Part shown: positions 37,927 through 48,046 of the stretch, piece by piece
Position numbering within the stretch: the stretch's first letter is position 1
Layout: every line of letters begins with the position of its first letter
Notes under the pieces: generated by a model
Seen by the model: only the letters and a program-made list of their open reading frames with translations
What the model was told of the DNA's origin: nothing
Database searches by the model: none
Virus record (IMG/VR): IMGVR_UViG_3300034418_009484
Coordinates: 1-64,000 of that record
Strand: one strand, 5' to 3'
DNA length: 64,000 bases
From: a virus
Program-made: the position numbers and the translations under genes

Positions 37927-39549
37927 TTATATGCATTGATTCAATTTTTGTACACTTTTTAATAAAAAACTTCCTTTCTTTTTGTCTCTATTTCCTCTAA
38001 ACAATAATATTTTTCCAATAGAAACCTTATCTTTTATTACTTTCCAATCTTCTGAAAAAACTGTGACACTATCTAAACAGCATGTATTATCACTGATTTT
38101 TAGAAAAGCCATTACAGTGCCTTTATTTGGACCTCCTTTTATTTTCCATTCTCTAATATCTGTTACTTGTGCAGCAATAGCTATTGTTTTACATTCAAAT
38201 CCTTTAATATATTCTCTGCAAGTACAATTAGCATCAATGATATCATATTCATCAATTTCTGAGCAAGTAAGCTCGATACCAAGAAGATCTCTTTCTTGTT
38301 TTGCTCTCCAAGACCATTTATCAATAAGTTCATATGGTGGAGACTCAAGACTTATAATAGAGCTTTTAATAAAATCTATATTTTTATCTGTCCATGCAGT
38401 TCTTCTTCTAATCTTAATATCATCAATAAGTCTTTCTAGTCCCTCTTTAAAAGTCTTAGACTTATCTTCTGATAAAAACTTCTTGTCTCTATCTTTAATT
38501 TCTTTATAAATATTAAAGTCATAAAGCATCTTTGATCTATGTAGTCCATAACAATCAAAAACACCAGCTTTAATCATAGACTCAAATGAATTTGATTTAA
38601 TAAATCTTCCAAGCCTCATTAAAAATTCTTCCCATTCCATTTCAGCTACATTAATATTATTAGTGGTAATGTAGCCGTGGAGTTGGTCGTAAACGCTTTG
38701 CCCAACATTTTTTACATTAACGATTCCAAATGTTGGTTTATTATCAATCAATTTAAATTTAGCACTTAAATTCTTGATAGAAGGAGGAATAATATCAATA
38801 TCCATTATTCTAGCATTATTAACTAATTCGCTTATTTCATCAAACGGTTTTGGTTTACCGTCAGCATGTCTTAAATAAGAAGTAAAAAATGCTCTGGGAA
38901 AATGTGCTTTTGCATAAGCTGTTTGATATCCATTGTAAGCATAGCTAATACTATGACTTTTGTTGAATGAATATTTTTGCGATTTTTCAATCCAGCTAAA
39001 AATTTCCTCTGCTTCTTCCTCTGTAAACTTTCCTACCTCTTTTGCTCCTGTAAAAAACTCTTTCTTAACTTGAGCCATGAGGTCAACCTTTTTCTTACCA
39101 ATAGCCTTTCTAAGATTGTCTGCTTGTTGCAAAGAGAATCCTGCAACTAGTTGTGCAATCTGCATAGCCTGTTCCTGATAAACCAGAATGCCATATGTGC
39201 TTTTAAGAACAGGTTCTAGGTCGTTATGGAAATATTCAACAGGGTCTTTTTTAGATTTTCTATCAATATAATGCTGAGTTAATGATTTACCATCAACAAT
39301 AGCATCGCCGCACCCCGGCCTAATGATAGCAATAAGATCTGAAAGTTCTTCAATACTTCTTGGTTTTACTTCTTTAGCTTTGCTTTGTCCAAGTTGAGAC
39401 TCAAGCTGAAAAACACCTTTTGTATTTCCTTCACATATCATATCCCATGTTCTATCACAGTCTAATGGCATATCTTCAATGTTAGGATTAAATACAGGCA
39501 ATCCCTTATCATTTTTTTCAAATTTACATCCACATGGGAATTCAATCAT
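37927..39549 (-). CDS. dnaE: DNA polymerase III alpha, C-terminal part (fingers, HhH, OB)
   Basis: TKGVFQLES, IIRPG, TYGILVYQEQ, ADNLRKAIGKK, YSFNKSHS, MAFLKISD. Confidence 0.92.
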   Translation of the reverse strand: MIEFPCGCKFEKNDKGLPVFNPNIEDMPLDCDRTWDMICEGNTKGVFQLESQLGQSKAKEVKPRSIEELSDLIAIIRPGCGDAIVDGKSLTQHYIDRKSKKDPVEYFHNDLEPVLKSTYGILVYQEQAMQIAQLVAGFSLQQADNLRKAIGKKKVDLMAQVKKEFFTGAKEVGKFTEEEAEEIFSWIEKSQKYSFNKSHSISYAYNGYQTAYAKAHFPRAFFTSYLRHADGKPKPFDEISELVNNARIMDIDIIPPSIKNLSAKFKLIDNKPTFGIVNVKNVGQSVYDQLHGYITTNNINVAEMEWEEFLMRLGRFIKSNSFESMIKAGVFDCYGLHRSKMLYDFNIYKEIKDRDKKFLSEDKSKTFKEGLERLIDDIKIRRRTAWTDKNIDFIKSSIISLESPPYELIDKWSWRAKQERDLLGIELTCSEIDEYDIIDANCTCREYIKGFECKTIAIAAQVTDIREWKIKGGPNKGTVMAFLKISDNTCCLDSVTVFSEDWKVIKDKVSIGKILLFRGNRDKKKGSFLLKSVQKLNQCI

Positions 39550-40235
39550 AATTCTATTCCAGAAAAACTATTTTTAAATTTGTCAACAGAAGATTGTTTT
39601 CTATGAAATTTCATAAACCTAGTAATTATAGCAGCTTCTTCAAGAACGTCAACTAAGGCATCATGAGCCACTCCTGTAGCTTTCATGCCAAAAAACTTTC
39701 TCCAAGTATCCATCTTATAATCGAACGGTTCTTCAAGGTTTTCAAACCACCAGAACAAATTATCCATAGCATCTAGCTTAGTGACTTCTGAAAATGGCAT
39801 TTTAATTTTATGTTTTTCACAAAGTCTTTTAGCTATGGGAATATCAAACCCTGTAATATTATACCCTGCGGGAATTGGTTGAGGGAACCATTGCCCAGGT
39901 TTTTTATCAACTGTATATTTTGAACACCATGTAGAAAAGTTTTTCCATGCGACTTTTTCTGTAACTCCTGTTTTCCATTTGTCTAATATTTCTTCAAAAG
40001 ACACGCCATAGTTATCTGCGTGCCATTGAATTGTTTTTTCTCGCTCATCTGTTAAATATTCTTTTTTATTGATACCATCTGGTTTGATAACAATATTAAA
40101 TGATTGATCTTTTTTTACTTCTAAAGTTTCTGGATCAATAGGTACAGCGGCTAGTTGGACAGGATTACACGTTTCTCGGTCTGGAGAGTCCGTTTCAAAA
40201 TCAAAACAAATAATCCATCTAGTATTTTTAGGCAT
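39546..40235 (-). CDS. DEDDh 3'-5' exonuclease (DnaQ/epsilon-like)
   Basis: ExoI DFET, ExoII GYNITGFD, ExoIII HDALVD. Confidence 0.88.
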   Translation of the reverse strand: MPKNTRWIICFDFETDSPDRETCNPVQLAAVPIDPETLEVKKDQSFNIVIKPDGINKKEYLTDEREKTIQWHADNYGVSFEEILDKWKTGVTEKVAWKNFSTWCSKYTVDKKPGQWFPQPIPAGYNITGFDIPIAKRLCEKHKIKMPFSEVTKLDAMDNLFWWFENLEEPFDYKMDTWRKFFGMKATGVAHDALVDVLEEAAIITRFMKFHRKQSSVDKFKNSFSGIEL

Positions 40236-40263
40236 ATTTATTCTCCCTTTTATTTATATTCAT

Positions 40264-42141
40264 TTATTCTCCACTAACTATGTTTACAACATCCATAACT
40301 TTATCTAACCCTCTAATTGCTAAACAGTCTAATTTTAAAAGTCCAACTTCCTCACAGCTTGGACCTTCAAAACCAGCCAACATTCCTTTTCCTTTATTAT
40401 CTAAAACCATTGGGCAAGACTTGCTAATTGGATCATTAGAAACAACAATTCCAGCAGCGTGTTTTCCTGCAATAATTTTAGTATGCTCTATACGAATAGC
40501 TTGCTCAAATATCTTTGCGAATCTCCCCTCTAGTTTATTATCCTTCCCTAAGTAGCACCAGTTCTTTAATTTATCTGGAGTATTTTCTAATGCCCAAATA
40601 ATACTTGATGAATATCCATATTCTTCTTCGATATCTTGCAGTTCGTCTGAAACACTTGCTGGCTCAGGCAGACACTTTGTAATTGCCTTTTGTTCTTCAA
40701 AACTAATATTTCCTCTCGCCGCCATAGTTCTAGTTAATGCTGCCTTACCTTTTAATTTTTGGAATGTAATAATTTGGGCAACATTTTCTTCGCCATATTT
40801 ATTTTTAATATATTCAATTGTTTCTTCTCTAGCGGCTTTAGGAATATCGAAGTCGATATCAGGCCAGGATATTTTACCAGGGGCATTTCTACCCGCATTA
40901 TAAAATCTTTCAAAGATTAGATTATATGGTATAGGATCTACCTGTGTGATACTCAAAAGATTAGAAACCATACATCCAGCAGCACTTCCTCTACCGGGAC
41001 CAGTTATATAACCCTTGCTTCTTACGAATTGAAGAATATCGTCTACAATTAAAAAATAGCTTGATAAACCGATAGATGTAAATATATCTAATTCGTTATT
41101 AACTCTTGCTCCATATTCAGAAAATTCCTTAGATTTATTATCTATGTTTATCATCTTTTTTTTCCAACCATCTCTGCATAATTTTCTTAAATATTCTTCT
41201 GGATTCATATTGCCAGGACATTTAAATTCTGGAGGTTGTGGAGATTTTGTAATATCATAATCTTCACACATATCCAAAATAAGATTTGTATTTTGAAGTT
41301 CTTCGTCGGTATGAAATACTTTCATATCATCATAAGATGGTATATGATAATTATTAGACAAAAATGAAGTCTTCAAAACATTGCTTGCTGCACCACTTTT
41401 TAATTCTCTTTGCACTTGGCTTATAGTCTTTTTTAGAGCAGTGCATAAGAGAACTCTTTGGTCCTCTGCGTCTTCTCTCCTGCAATAATGAGCATCAGGA
41501 GTTGCAACACAAGGTATATTAGTGATTTTAGAAATTTCCCTAAGAGCATTGGCTACTGTACCAGCAAATTTATTAATCTTTGAGTCGATCAATTGAATTT
41601 CAATAAAGAAATTTCCTTTACCAAACATCAACTCTAAATCTTTAGCTTTTGCAACACCCTTTTTCATCCAGTCAGGATCTAGTCTTTCGCCTTCTGTTAT
41701 TGCATTGGCTAATGTAGAGCCTAAGTGACCGCTAAATGAAACTAAGTTCTTTTGTGAAGCAACGCAAGCCAAGATATCAGTATCAATCCTTGGCTTATGA
41801 TAAAAGTGTTCTTTTTTATTAGAGATAGAAACCAAGGATAATAGGTCGTTCCACCCCTTTGCATTTTTAGCTATAATAACTTGATGATTTAATTTTCTGT
41901 TATCTTTAACTTTTTCAGTAACAAGACCATTGCAAATGTACATTTCACAACCCAACAATGGTTGAAAGCCTGATGATCTTAATTCATTTGAAAAATCAAC
42001 AGCGCCGCTTACATTTCCATGATCCGTTAATGCACAAGAAGTAGAACCTATTTCTTCTATTCTATCTGATATTTCATTGCACTTGCTAAGTCCATCAAGT
42101 AGTGAGTACTCACTATGTACATGCAATGGGGTGTATTTCAT
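40264..42141 (-). CDS. dnaE: DNA polymerase III alpha, N-terminal part (PHP, palm, thumb)
   Basis: HVHSEYSLLDG, TDHG, DAHY, GPGRGSAAG, PDIDFD, GKHAAG, GLLKLDCL. Confidence 0.93.
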   Translation of the reverse strand: MKYTPLHVHSEYSLLDGLSKCNEISDRIEEIGSTSCALTDHGNVSGAVDFSNELRSSGFQPLLGCEMYICNGLVTEKVKDNRKLNHQVIIAKNAKGWNDLLSLVSISNKKEHFYHKPRIDTDILACVASQKNLVSFSGHLGSTLANAITEGERLDPDWMKKGVAKAKDLELMFGKGNFFIEIQLIDSKINKFAGTVANALREISKITNIPCVATPDAHYCRREDAEDQRVLLCTALKKTISQVQRELKSGAASNVLKTSFLSNNYHIPSYDDMKVFHTDEELQNTNLILDMCEDYDITKSPQPPEFKCPGNMNPEEYLRKLCRDGWKKKMINIDNKSKEFSEYGARVNNELDIFTSIGLSSYFLIVDDILQFVRSKGYITGPGRGSAAGCMVSNLLSITQVDPIPYNLIFERFYNAGRNAPGKISWPDIDFDIPKAAREETIEYIKNKYGEENVAQIITFQKLKGKAALTRTMAARGNISFEEQKAITKCLPEPASVSDELQDIEEEYGYSSSIIWALENTPDKLKNWCYLGKDNKLEGRFAKIFEQAIRIEHTKIIAGKHAAGIVVSNDPISKSCPMVLDNKGKGMLAGFEGPSCEEVGLLKLDCLAIRGLDKVMDVVNIVSGE

Positions 42142-42604
42142 TTAATTCCTCTATCTTTATTTTGCAACAGTTAAACTTAATTTCCATACCATTTGATTCA
42201 TCAACTTCGCCTTTTTTCAGATTAATTGATTTCTTAAAATAGTCTTTTTTATCAATCCATCCAGCAATCCATGCTCTTTTTGGAACATCGTTAATAAATT
42301 GTACTCTGACAAAAATATACCTATCAAATTTTTGTCTAGAATTATAGCTTTTAACTATACATTCGTGATAAGGTTTTGGTTCAGTGTTAGTTATATCTGT
42401 TTTTACTCTATAGGAATTTTCTTCACAGATTAAATGGTAATCTTTATTTTCTTTTTCTGAACATTCTAATATAGACTTAAGTATTTCTAATCCTATTAGA
42501 TCTTTTATTGTAAAATAATCTACTGATGATTTTATTAATCCTTTTTCAAAAGCTTTTTGACAAGAATTTTTAATAATATCTTTTGTTATTTTTACTTCTA
42601 GCAT
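42113..42604 (-). CDS. Hypothetical protein, degenerate PD-(D/E)xK-like fold
   Basis: RVKT...DRYIFV...AWIAGWI pattern; the acidic catalytic residues are not evident. Confidence 0.4.
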   Translation of the reverse strand: MLEVKITKDIIKNSCQKAFEKGLIKSSVDYFTIKDLIGLEILKSILECSEKENKDYHLICEENSYRVKTDITNTEPKPYHECIVKSYNSRQKFDRYIFVRVQFINDVPKRAWIAGWIDKKDYFKKSINLKKGEVDESNGMEIKFNCCKIKIEELNEIHPIACT

Positions 42605-43695
42605 TAGTCTTGAACCTTTCCCCCACCAGAACCATATCTTCCATGAGTATGATCTGGATGAATATAATTTTCAGTAACCCATTCAATTCCATTCTTTTTA
42701 ATCATATATCTAATTTGTTCACATTTTGTCATAATCTCACCATATTTTGTTCTTTGCCCTGGTCTTTTTTCTACAATAGGCAATACGTTTTTAGAATCTT
42801 CAAAGCTAGTCATTCCACAATGACATAAATATTTACAGAAAAATCCTTGCTTTGGATTTACTTCTGGAATAGTTTTTGGCTCTTTTGTATCTCTGATATA
42901 TTCAAATCTTTTACGAATTATTTCTTCTGTTCTTTCTAAATCAGAATCTTGGTAATGCACCGTAAATGGACCTCCTTGATTGATAAAGTAGATTGACATT
43001 AGAAATGTCTCAACATCTGGATACATATGTTTACAAGCATAATGATACAGTCTTAATTGAGGATTGTCAAACAGATTTTCTTGAGTATATTCTTTCCCTG
43101 TTGCCCAGTCTTTTCTTTGTCCAGTTTTCCAATCAATAACTTCATAGACACCATCACCTAAATCAGCTATTAAATCTATAGTCCCTTTTAGTGCTAAATT
43201 ACCAGACAGTCCATGTTCTTCATAATTATACTTTGCCCAAGGTTTATCAATTTCAAAATCAAAGTGAGGCTCTGCATCAACAACATCTCTATTTCTAGGA
43301 TCAAACATTCCTTTTCTATACTTTAAGGCTTTCCATGCCCAACTAACGCAGTCTTCAAAGTCTTTATTTGTCCATGCTTTTTTACCAACATGATAGTCAA
43401 ATATTTTTATATAATGCTCATACACCCTAGCGCCAATACTGTTAAGGTATTCTGGATCATAATTGTCAGTAAATACTTCTCCGATATCCTCATCATCAAT
43501 TACTTTAATTCCTTCTTGAGATGCCTTTTTACATAGAGCGGTTATCTCTAGGATTTTGTGAGTAATTGTTCCTTTGTCTGCTTTCTTATTTCCATCTCCT
43601 CTTAAACCTAAAACATATTCTGTGTAAAATTGCATTTCACAAGTTCTATGAGAATTAAAAGAACTGCTTCTAAAATAAACTATAGGAATTCCCAT
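42604..43695 (-). CDS. Cas4/RecB-like PD-(D/E)xK exonuclease
   Basis: SSF...C, GTITHKILE, GTIDLI, VIDWKTG, QLRLY, C-terminal CKYLC. Confidence 0.85.
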   Translation of the reverse strand: MGIPIVYFRSSSFNSHRTCEMQFYTEYVLGLRGDGNKKADKGTITHKILEITALCKKASQEGIKVIDDEDIGEVFTDNYDPEYLNSIGARVYEHYIKIFDYHVGKKAWTNKDFEDCVSWAWKALKYRKGMFDPRNRDVVDAEPHFDFEIDKPWAKYNYEEHGLSGNLALKGTIDLIADLGDGVYEVIDWKTGQRKDWATGKEYTQENLFDNPQLRLYHYACKHMYPDVETFLMSIYFINQGGPFTVHYQDSDLERTEEIIRKRFEYIRDTKEPKTIPEVNPKQGFFCKYLCHCGMTSFEDSKNVLPIVEKRPGQRTKYGEIMTKCEQIRYMIKKNGIEWVTENYIHPDHTHGRYGSGGGKVQD

Positions 43696-43696
43696 A

Positions 43697-44524
43697 TTAA
43701 ACTCCTAAGTCAGTTAGGTATTTACAATTTAATGAAGTTAACGCTCCATAAATAGCTTTGTTTTGTTCTGGAATATCCATTTTTGTATTGTCTATCACTT
43801 TACTACATAAGCTAAATTTAATCTTTTCGCTACTATGCTTGTCTTTTGATTTATAAATATCTCTTTTTAATCCAATAACAATACCAAGCTCATCCTTTAT
43901 CTTTTTAATTTCATTATCAAATCTTACATCTGAGATCAATGCTATTTTTGGATTATCTTCTTCTATTTTTTTCATTAAAGAATTAACCCATATATCTTTA
44001 TACATTTTACGCATTACATCCGTACCGAGGAATTGCATAAATTCGCGAGCGGTCATTGGACCTTCCCCTAATTTAATATTAAAATCTTCTGGATTCTGAG
44101 TATACCCAGCAGCAACGCCACCTTGCCTCATTGACCATTCATGTGGAGTCATCACTCCCGGCATGTTTTCCCACAACAAATGTTCCTGTAGCTGATTCTT
44201 CTGCTCGTCTGTTCCATATACTTGAGAATGCTTAATTCCAAAAACATCTACACAGATTCTTTTAAGCTCTCCTGCCAAAGAATAAATTTTTACATCATTA
44301 AAATTATTCATTACAGCAGCAACATTTACATCTGGTTGTCTAAATTCCATCCATTCTTTGTCATTGCTTTCTCCAAAAACATCTGAAACTTCTATAACAC
44401 CCTTATCATTTAGCCTTGCCTTTTGACAAACGCCATTTTCTATCAATTTTAACATCAAGACAAAATTACAGCATGTGTCTTTTCCGCTTTGTTTTTTTCC
44501 TGCAAAACCAATTAATTGAGTCAT
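43697..44524 (-). CDS. Deoxynucleoside monophosphate kinase
   Basis: GFAGKKQSGKDT, REFMQFLGTDVMR, ISDVRFDNE, HSSE. Confidence 0.88.
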   Translation of the reverse strand: MTQLIGFAGKKQSGKDTCCNFVLMLKLIENGVCQKARLNDKGVIEVSDVFGESNDKEWMEFRQPDVNVAAVMNNFNDVKIYSLAGELKRICVDVFGIKHSQVYGTDEQKNQLQEHLLWENMPGVMTPHEWSMRQGGVAAGYTQNPEDFNIKLGEGPMTAREFMQFLGTDVMRKMYKDIWVNSLMKKIEEDNPKIALISDVRFDNEIKKIKDELGIVIGLKRDIYKSKDKHSSEKIKFSLCSKVIDNTKMDIPEQNKAIYGALTSLNCKYLTDLGV

Positions 44525-45666
44525 TTATAAATCTCCTTTGCCTTATTAATCCAAGGTCTAATATCTTCGGTTATTTCGTTAGTATTCATTTCTCCAACAT
44601 CCTGTTTATTTATATCTAAAGTATAAACACGATATGATTTTTCACATTGTTCTTTGATTTTTTGAGCAGCTTTTTGACCAGCTTCATTTTCATCATTGTC
44701 CATTATAATTATAATCGACAATGCCCCAGATTCGTCTATTAATTGTTTTTGAGGATTGTTCAAAACTGTGCCAAACAGGGCTACAGAATTATGTATGCCT
44801 GCTTCTTCTAGTCTCCAAACATTTCCTGGCGATTCAACTATAACAATTACTCCAGATTCTAATATATGATCTTTTGCTTTATAAAAGTTATACAACGATT
44901 TCTCTTTTTGAAACCCTTTTGAATGCCTCCATTTTGGAAAATGATAGCATTGTTTATTTGGGTCATGATATGATTTACATTCTTTACATTGCTCAAAAAT
45001 ACTTCTAGCGGTAAATCCTACTATCATATCGCCATCGTCATCATAGATTGGAACAACGGCTCTGTTAAAAAATTCTTTACCATAAGTGTTACAATTTCCA
45101 ACGTCATAGTCATCTAATACCTCAATAGTATATCCTCTGTTAAGAAAATATTTTGAAGGTATTTCGACTCGCTTTCTATAAAACTCTTTATCAATAGTTC
45201 CACTTAATTTGTTTTTAGATAAAGTGTTTACAACCTTGCAAAATTCATGATTACCTACATTTAATGACTGTGATTTTATTTGTCCAAAATCTAACTTATA
45301 TCTATTTAATAGAAATTCAACTGTTTCATTAAACCCAACAGTTTTGTCCCCTGGTACTTTCCAATTATATTGAACATTAGAAAGTGCGCCTCTTATCATA
45401 CTAAGAAGAGAAGTTCCAAAATGTTTTTCGCAACCATGAGTTCTGCATTTAAAGTGGACCCTATAATCTGCATCGTAGTATAAATTTAATGCAGTTTTAT
45501 TATCACCTCCATGTATAAAGCAATTTGAAAAAAATACTTTTTGACCTTTATGATATTCAGCTTCAAAATATTCGTAAATATCTTCAATATTATCTAAAAC
45601 TATATCAGTTAACTGATTTAATTTCCCTTGATCTTTATATTTAAAATGCGATATCTTCTTCATCAT
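44521..45666 (-). CDS. dnaG: DNA primase (DnaG-type, Zn-binding + TOPRIM)
   Basis: CFIHGGDN...CRTHGC; YFLNRG; NRAVVPI; VGFTAR; VIVE...MDND..AG. Confidence 0.85.
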   Translation of the reverse strand: MMKKISHFKYKDQGKLNQLTDIVLDNIEDIYEYFEAEYHKGQKVFFSNCFIHGGDNKTALNLYYDADYRVHFKCRTHGCEKHFGTSLLSMIRGALSNVQYNWKVPGDKTVGFNETVEFLLNRYKLDFGQIKSQSLNVGNHEFCKVVNTLSKNKLSGTIDKEFYRKRVEIPSKYFLNRGYTIEVLDDYDVGNCNTYGKEFFNRAVVPIYDDDGDMIVGFTARSIFEQCKECKSYHDPNKQCYHFPKWRHSKGFQKEKSLYNFYKAKDHILESGVIVIVESPGNVWRLEEAGIHNSVALFGTVLNNPQKQLIDESGALSIIIIMDNDENEAGQKAAQKIKEQCEKSYRVYTLDINKQDVGEMNTNEITEDIRPWINKAKEIYK

Positions 45667-47092
45667 TTACTTCATCTTCGGTTCTACTATTGGCTAATTC
45701 TTGTGCGGTCGGACCTTCTATTAATTTAGCATAAGCTCCTTGCATCATTACATTAATATAATCGCCTCCAGACAAGCCTTCTCCATGTCTAGAAATAATT
45801 GGAACAAGTTTTCTATTACCATTAGATATTCCGTCTTGAGCTATTTCTTCGTCTGACTTTTCTTTATAAATAGTAAAATTAGAACATAGCCACATAATCC
45901 TATCTGAACCACTTGCAGCATCTGTAGATTCCTTTGTAATACCGTCCCTATTCAATTGAATAAAAGAAAGGATAGGAATCTCGTATCTTAAAGCAAAGTT
46001 ATGTAGAGAGGTCATCATGAACCCCAGAAGCTGAAATTCTTTTAGATCTGTCTTTGCTAGTTCGGATGCTTCCATAAGCTTCAGATAATCATATACAATA
46101 ACACAATCATTTGCTTTACCTTCTGCATTCAAACCAACTGTTTTTGCCAGCCATCTTCTCATAATAGAGACTTGATCTTCAAATGCTCTGCCTCCAATAT
46201 TTTTATGATAAAAGGGAATATTTTTTAGCTCTTTTGCTAATTCCAATATAGAATTCTTTTGGAATGGGTTATCTGCGAATTTTCCAGTCTCAATTTCATT
46301 GATACTAGATTTAGCATGATTACTGAATGATGACATTGCACCGCCTCTATTCTGCTGATCTTTTTTAGTCATTTCAGTATCAAGATATAAAACAGGAACA
46401 CCTCGTTTAGCAATATCAAATCCCATATTTAAACCGATAAGACTTTTGCCAACTTTTGTCCTAGCTCCAATGACATTAACAGTCCCCTTCCTTAATCCGC
46501 CTCCAATAGCAAAATCATATTTATTAAAGCCTGTAGGAATACCAATCTGATCTACTCTATTTTCGGCTCTATCAATTAAATATTCATCTAAATCTCCGAA
46601 TAAAAGTTCTGGAGCATCGTCTTGATCGTTTAGCAAAGAAGTAAAATCAAAAATTGATTCTTCTGCCATACCAAGAATATGAGATATAGGTTCATCGCCT
46701 TTAATATGAAGATACTTTTCTTTAGTTTCTTCAAGTTGATCGTACATCATTCTAGCTATTTGAAGCTTTCTTATCTTTGCGCCAAACTTTCTTATGTTTT
46801 GAAACGCAACAGGAAACTTTAAAACAGCACCTAAATGAGATAGCTCATTATTATTCGTAAAGAATGTATCAAGACCTATTTCTTTAGCAGAAGAAAGAAC
46901 AGACGCAACATCTATAACCCTTGTATCGTCTTGTTCTATTAGTCTTTTTACACACGAATAGATAACAGAATTAGAATCAACAGTGAATGTATTTTCATTT
47001 ATTATGTCTGCTACGTCATAGTAAGCTTCTGTGCCATATTTACACACACCAGCTAAAACTGCACGTTCCGCAGCAGGATCTGACAAAATCAT
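45641..47092 (-). CDS. dnaB: Replicative DNA helicase
   Basis: AERAVLA, GIPTGF, GARTKVGKS, TEM, YDYL, QLNR. Confidence 0.92.
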   Translation of the reverse strand: MILSDPAAERAVLAGVCKYGTEAYYDVADIINENTFTVDSNSVIYSCVKRLIEQDDTRVIDVASVLSSAKEIGLDTFFTNNNELSHLGAVLKFPVAFQNIRKFGAKIRKLQIARMMYDQLEETKEKYLHIKGDEPISHILGMAEESIFDFTSLLNDQDDAPELLFGDLDEYLIDRAENRVDQIGIPTGFNKYDFAIGGGLRKGTVNVIGARTKVGKSLIGLNMGFDIAKRGVPVLYLDTEMTKKDQQNRGGAMSSFSNHAKSSINEIETGKFADNPFQKNSILELAKELKNIPFYHKNIGGRAFEDQVSIMRRWLAKTVGLNAEGKANDCVIVYDYLKLMEASELAKTDLKEFQLLGFMMTSLHNFALRYEIPILSFIQLNRDGITKESTDAASGSDRIMWLCSNFTIYKEKSDEEIAQDGISNGNRKLVPIISRHGEGLSGGDYINVMMQGAYAKLIEGPTAQELANSRTEDEVNDEEDIAF

Positions 47093-47096
47093 TAAT

Positions 47097-47564
47097 TTAT
47101 CTCCCTTGACAACAACAAGAATTGCATTTCCATCTTTCTACACTTCCCACTAGATTTCTAGAAACATTAAAATCTTTTAGGCATGTACTACACCTTACAT
47201 CTATAAGTGTACTTGGTCTTTTACCTTTTCGTTTAGGCTGGGTATTTTTTCTTGAAACTTCATCTTCTTTAGAGGCTTTTGCAAGTTCTTTTTGTTCTGT
47301 AGCGTCAAGACAAATATTTTTCATAAAATCTTCAAACTTGTTTTTTCTTTTACCTATTTTCATAGGTGTTTTTTTTGAATACTTATTTGGTTGGGCTGTT
47401 TGATTATTTTTAGATTTCTTCTTCTTTTTGTTATATCCTGAACCCCTCCTTTTTATTACATGTCTGTGTTGTTCTTCTTCTTTTTCTTCTTCTCCAATTA
47501 ATTGTTTTAATTCTTCTTCACTTAATTTTTCTAATATTTTAGCAATTAATTCTTTTTTATTCAT
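47097..47564 (-). CDS. Basic hypothetical protein with C-terminal Zn ribbon
   Basis: CSTC...WKCNSC. Confidence 0.6.
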   Translation of the reverse strand: MNKKELIAKILEKLSEEELKQLIGEEEKEEEQHRHVIKRRGSGYNKKKKKSKNNQTAQPNKYSKKTPMKIGKRKNKFEDFMKNICLDATEQKELAKASKEDEVSRKNTQPKRKGKRPSTLIDVRCSTCLKDFNVSRNLVGSVERWKCNSCCCQGR

Positions 47565-48046
47565 TTCATAGCCTTTGCCATTTGTAGATTCTTATAAAGA
47601 TCACTCATGTTCTTAGCAGAAGATGCAAGATAAGTCAATCTATCTGCTCTTTGTTTAGCGTAATTTTTTAGCTTTAATAAATCATTTGCATAATCATTAT
47701 TTTTAACAGCTTGATTATATTGACTTTCCCAAGAGCCTCTGTATTGTAGTTCTTCACCAGCAATAGTTTTCTTTAGAAGGTTGTCTGCCCAGTTGACTCT
47801 TGACATTTCTCTATTAAAACATCTCTGGATATGAAACGAAAGACCACCAAGCATCAGTGCTGCTTCTCCACACTCTTGGATACTAAGCTTTTCTATTTGA
47901 TTTCTGTCCATAGAGAGATATTTTTTAGCTTCGTCATCTATGGATTTTTCTGTAAACTTTGATAGACCTATTGATAATTCATACTCGTCTAGTATTTCAT
48001 CAATCCTGTTCATCCTGCCTAGCGGTGATTTATCCGATTCAGCCAT
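47561..48046 (-). CDS. Putative recombination mediator (UvsY-like)
   Basis: 161-aa all-helical protein two genes downstream of recA; call rests on size, helicity and synteny. Confidence 0.4.
   Translation of the reverse strand: MAESDKSPLGRMNRIDEILDEYELSIGLSKFTEKSIDDEAKKYLSMDRNQIEKLSIQECGEAALMLGGLSFHIQRCFNREMSRVNWADNLLKKTIAGEELQYRGSWESQYNQAVKNNDYANDLLKLKNYAKQRADRLTYLASSAKNMSDLYKNLQMAKAMK

Noticed and set aside
40236-40272. 11-nt direct repeat (GGAGAATAAAT on the - strand) at the dnaE-N stop and exonuclease RBS, suggesting T4 gene 60-like ribosomal bypass
   Set aside because: The would-be landing copy is also followed by an in-frame TAA, so hopping gives no fusion; the second copy is simply the RBS.
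39400-40400. Split intein or intron joining the dnaE halves
   Set aside because: No intein N-terminal block after dnaE-N and no HN-C/S/T junction in dnaE-C; the intervening DNA is fully occupied by an intact exonuclease gene.
42604-43695. Cas4 as evidence of a CRISPR-Cas system
   Set aside because: No repeat-spacer array or other cas genes; solo Cas4-like nucleases are common in phage replication modules.
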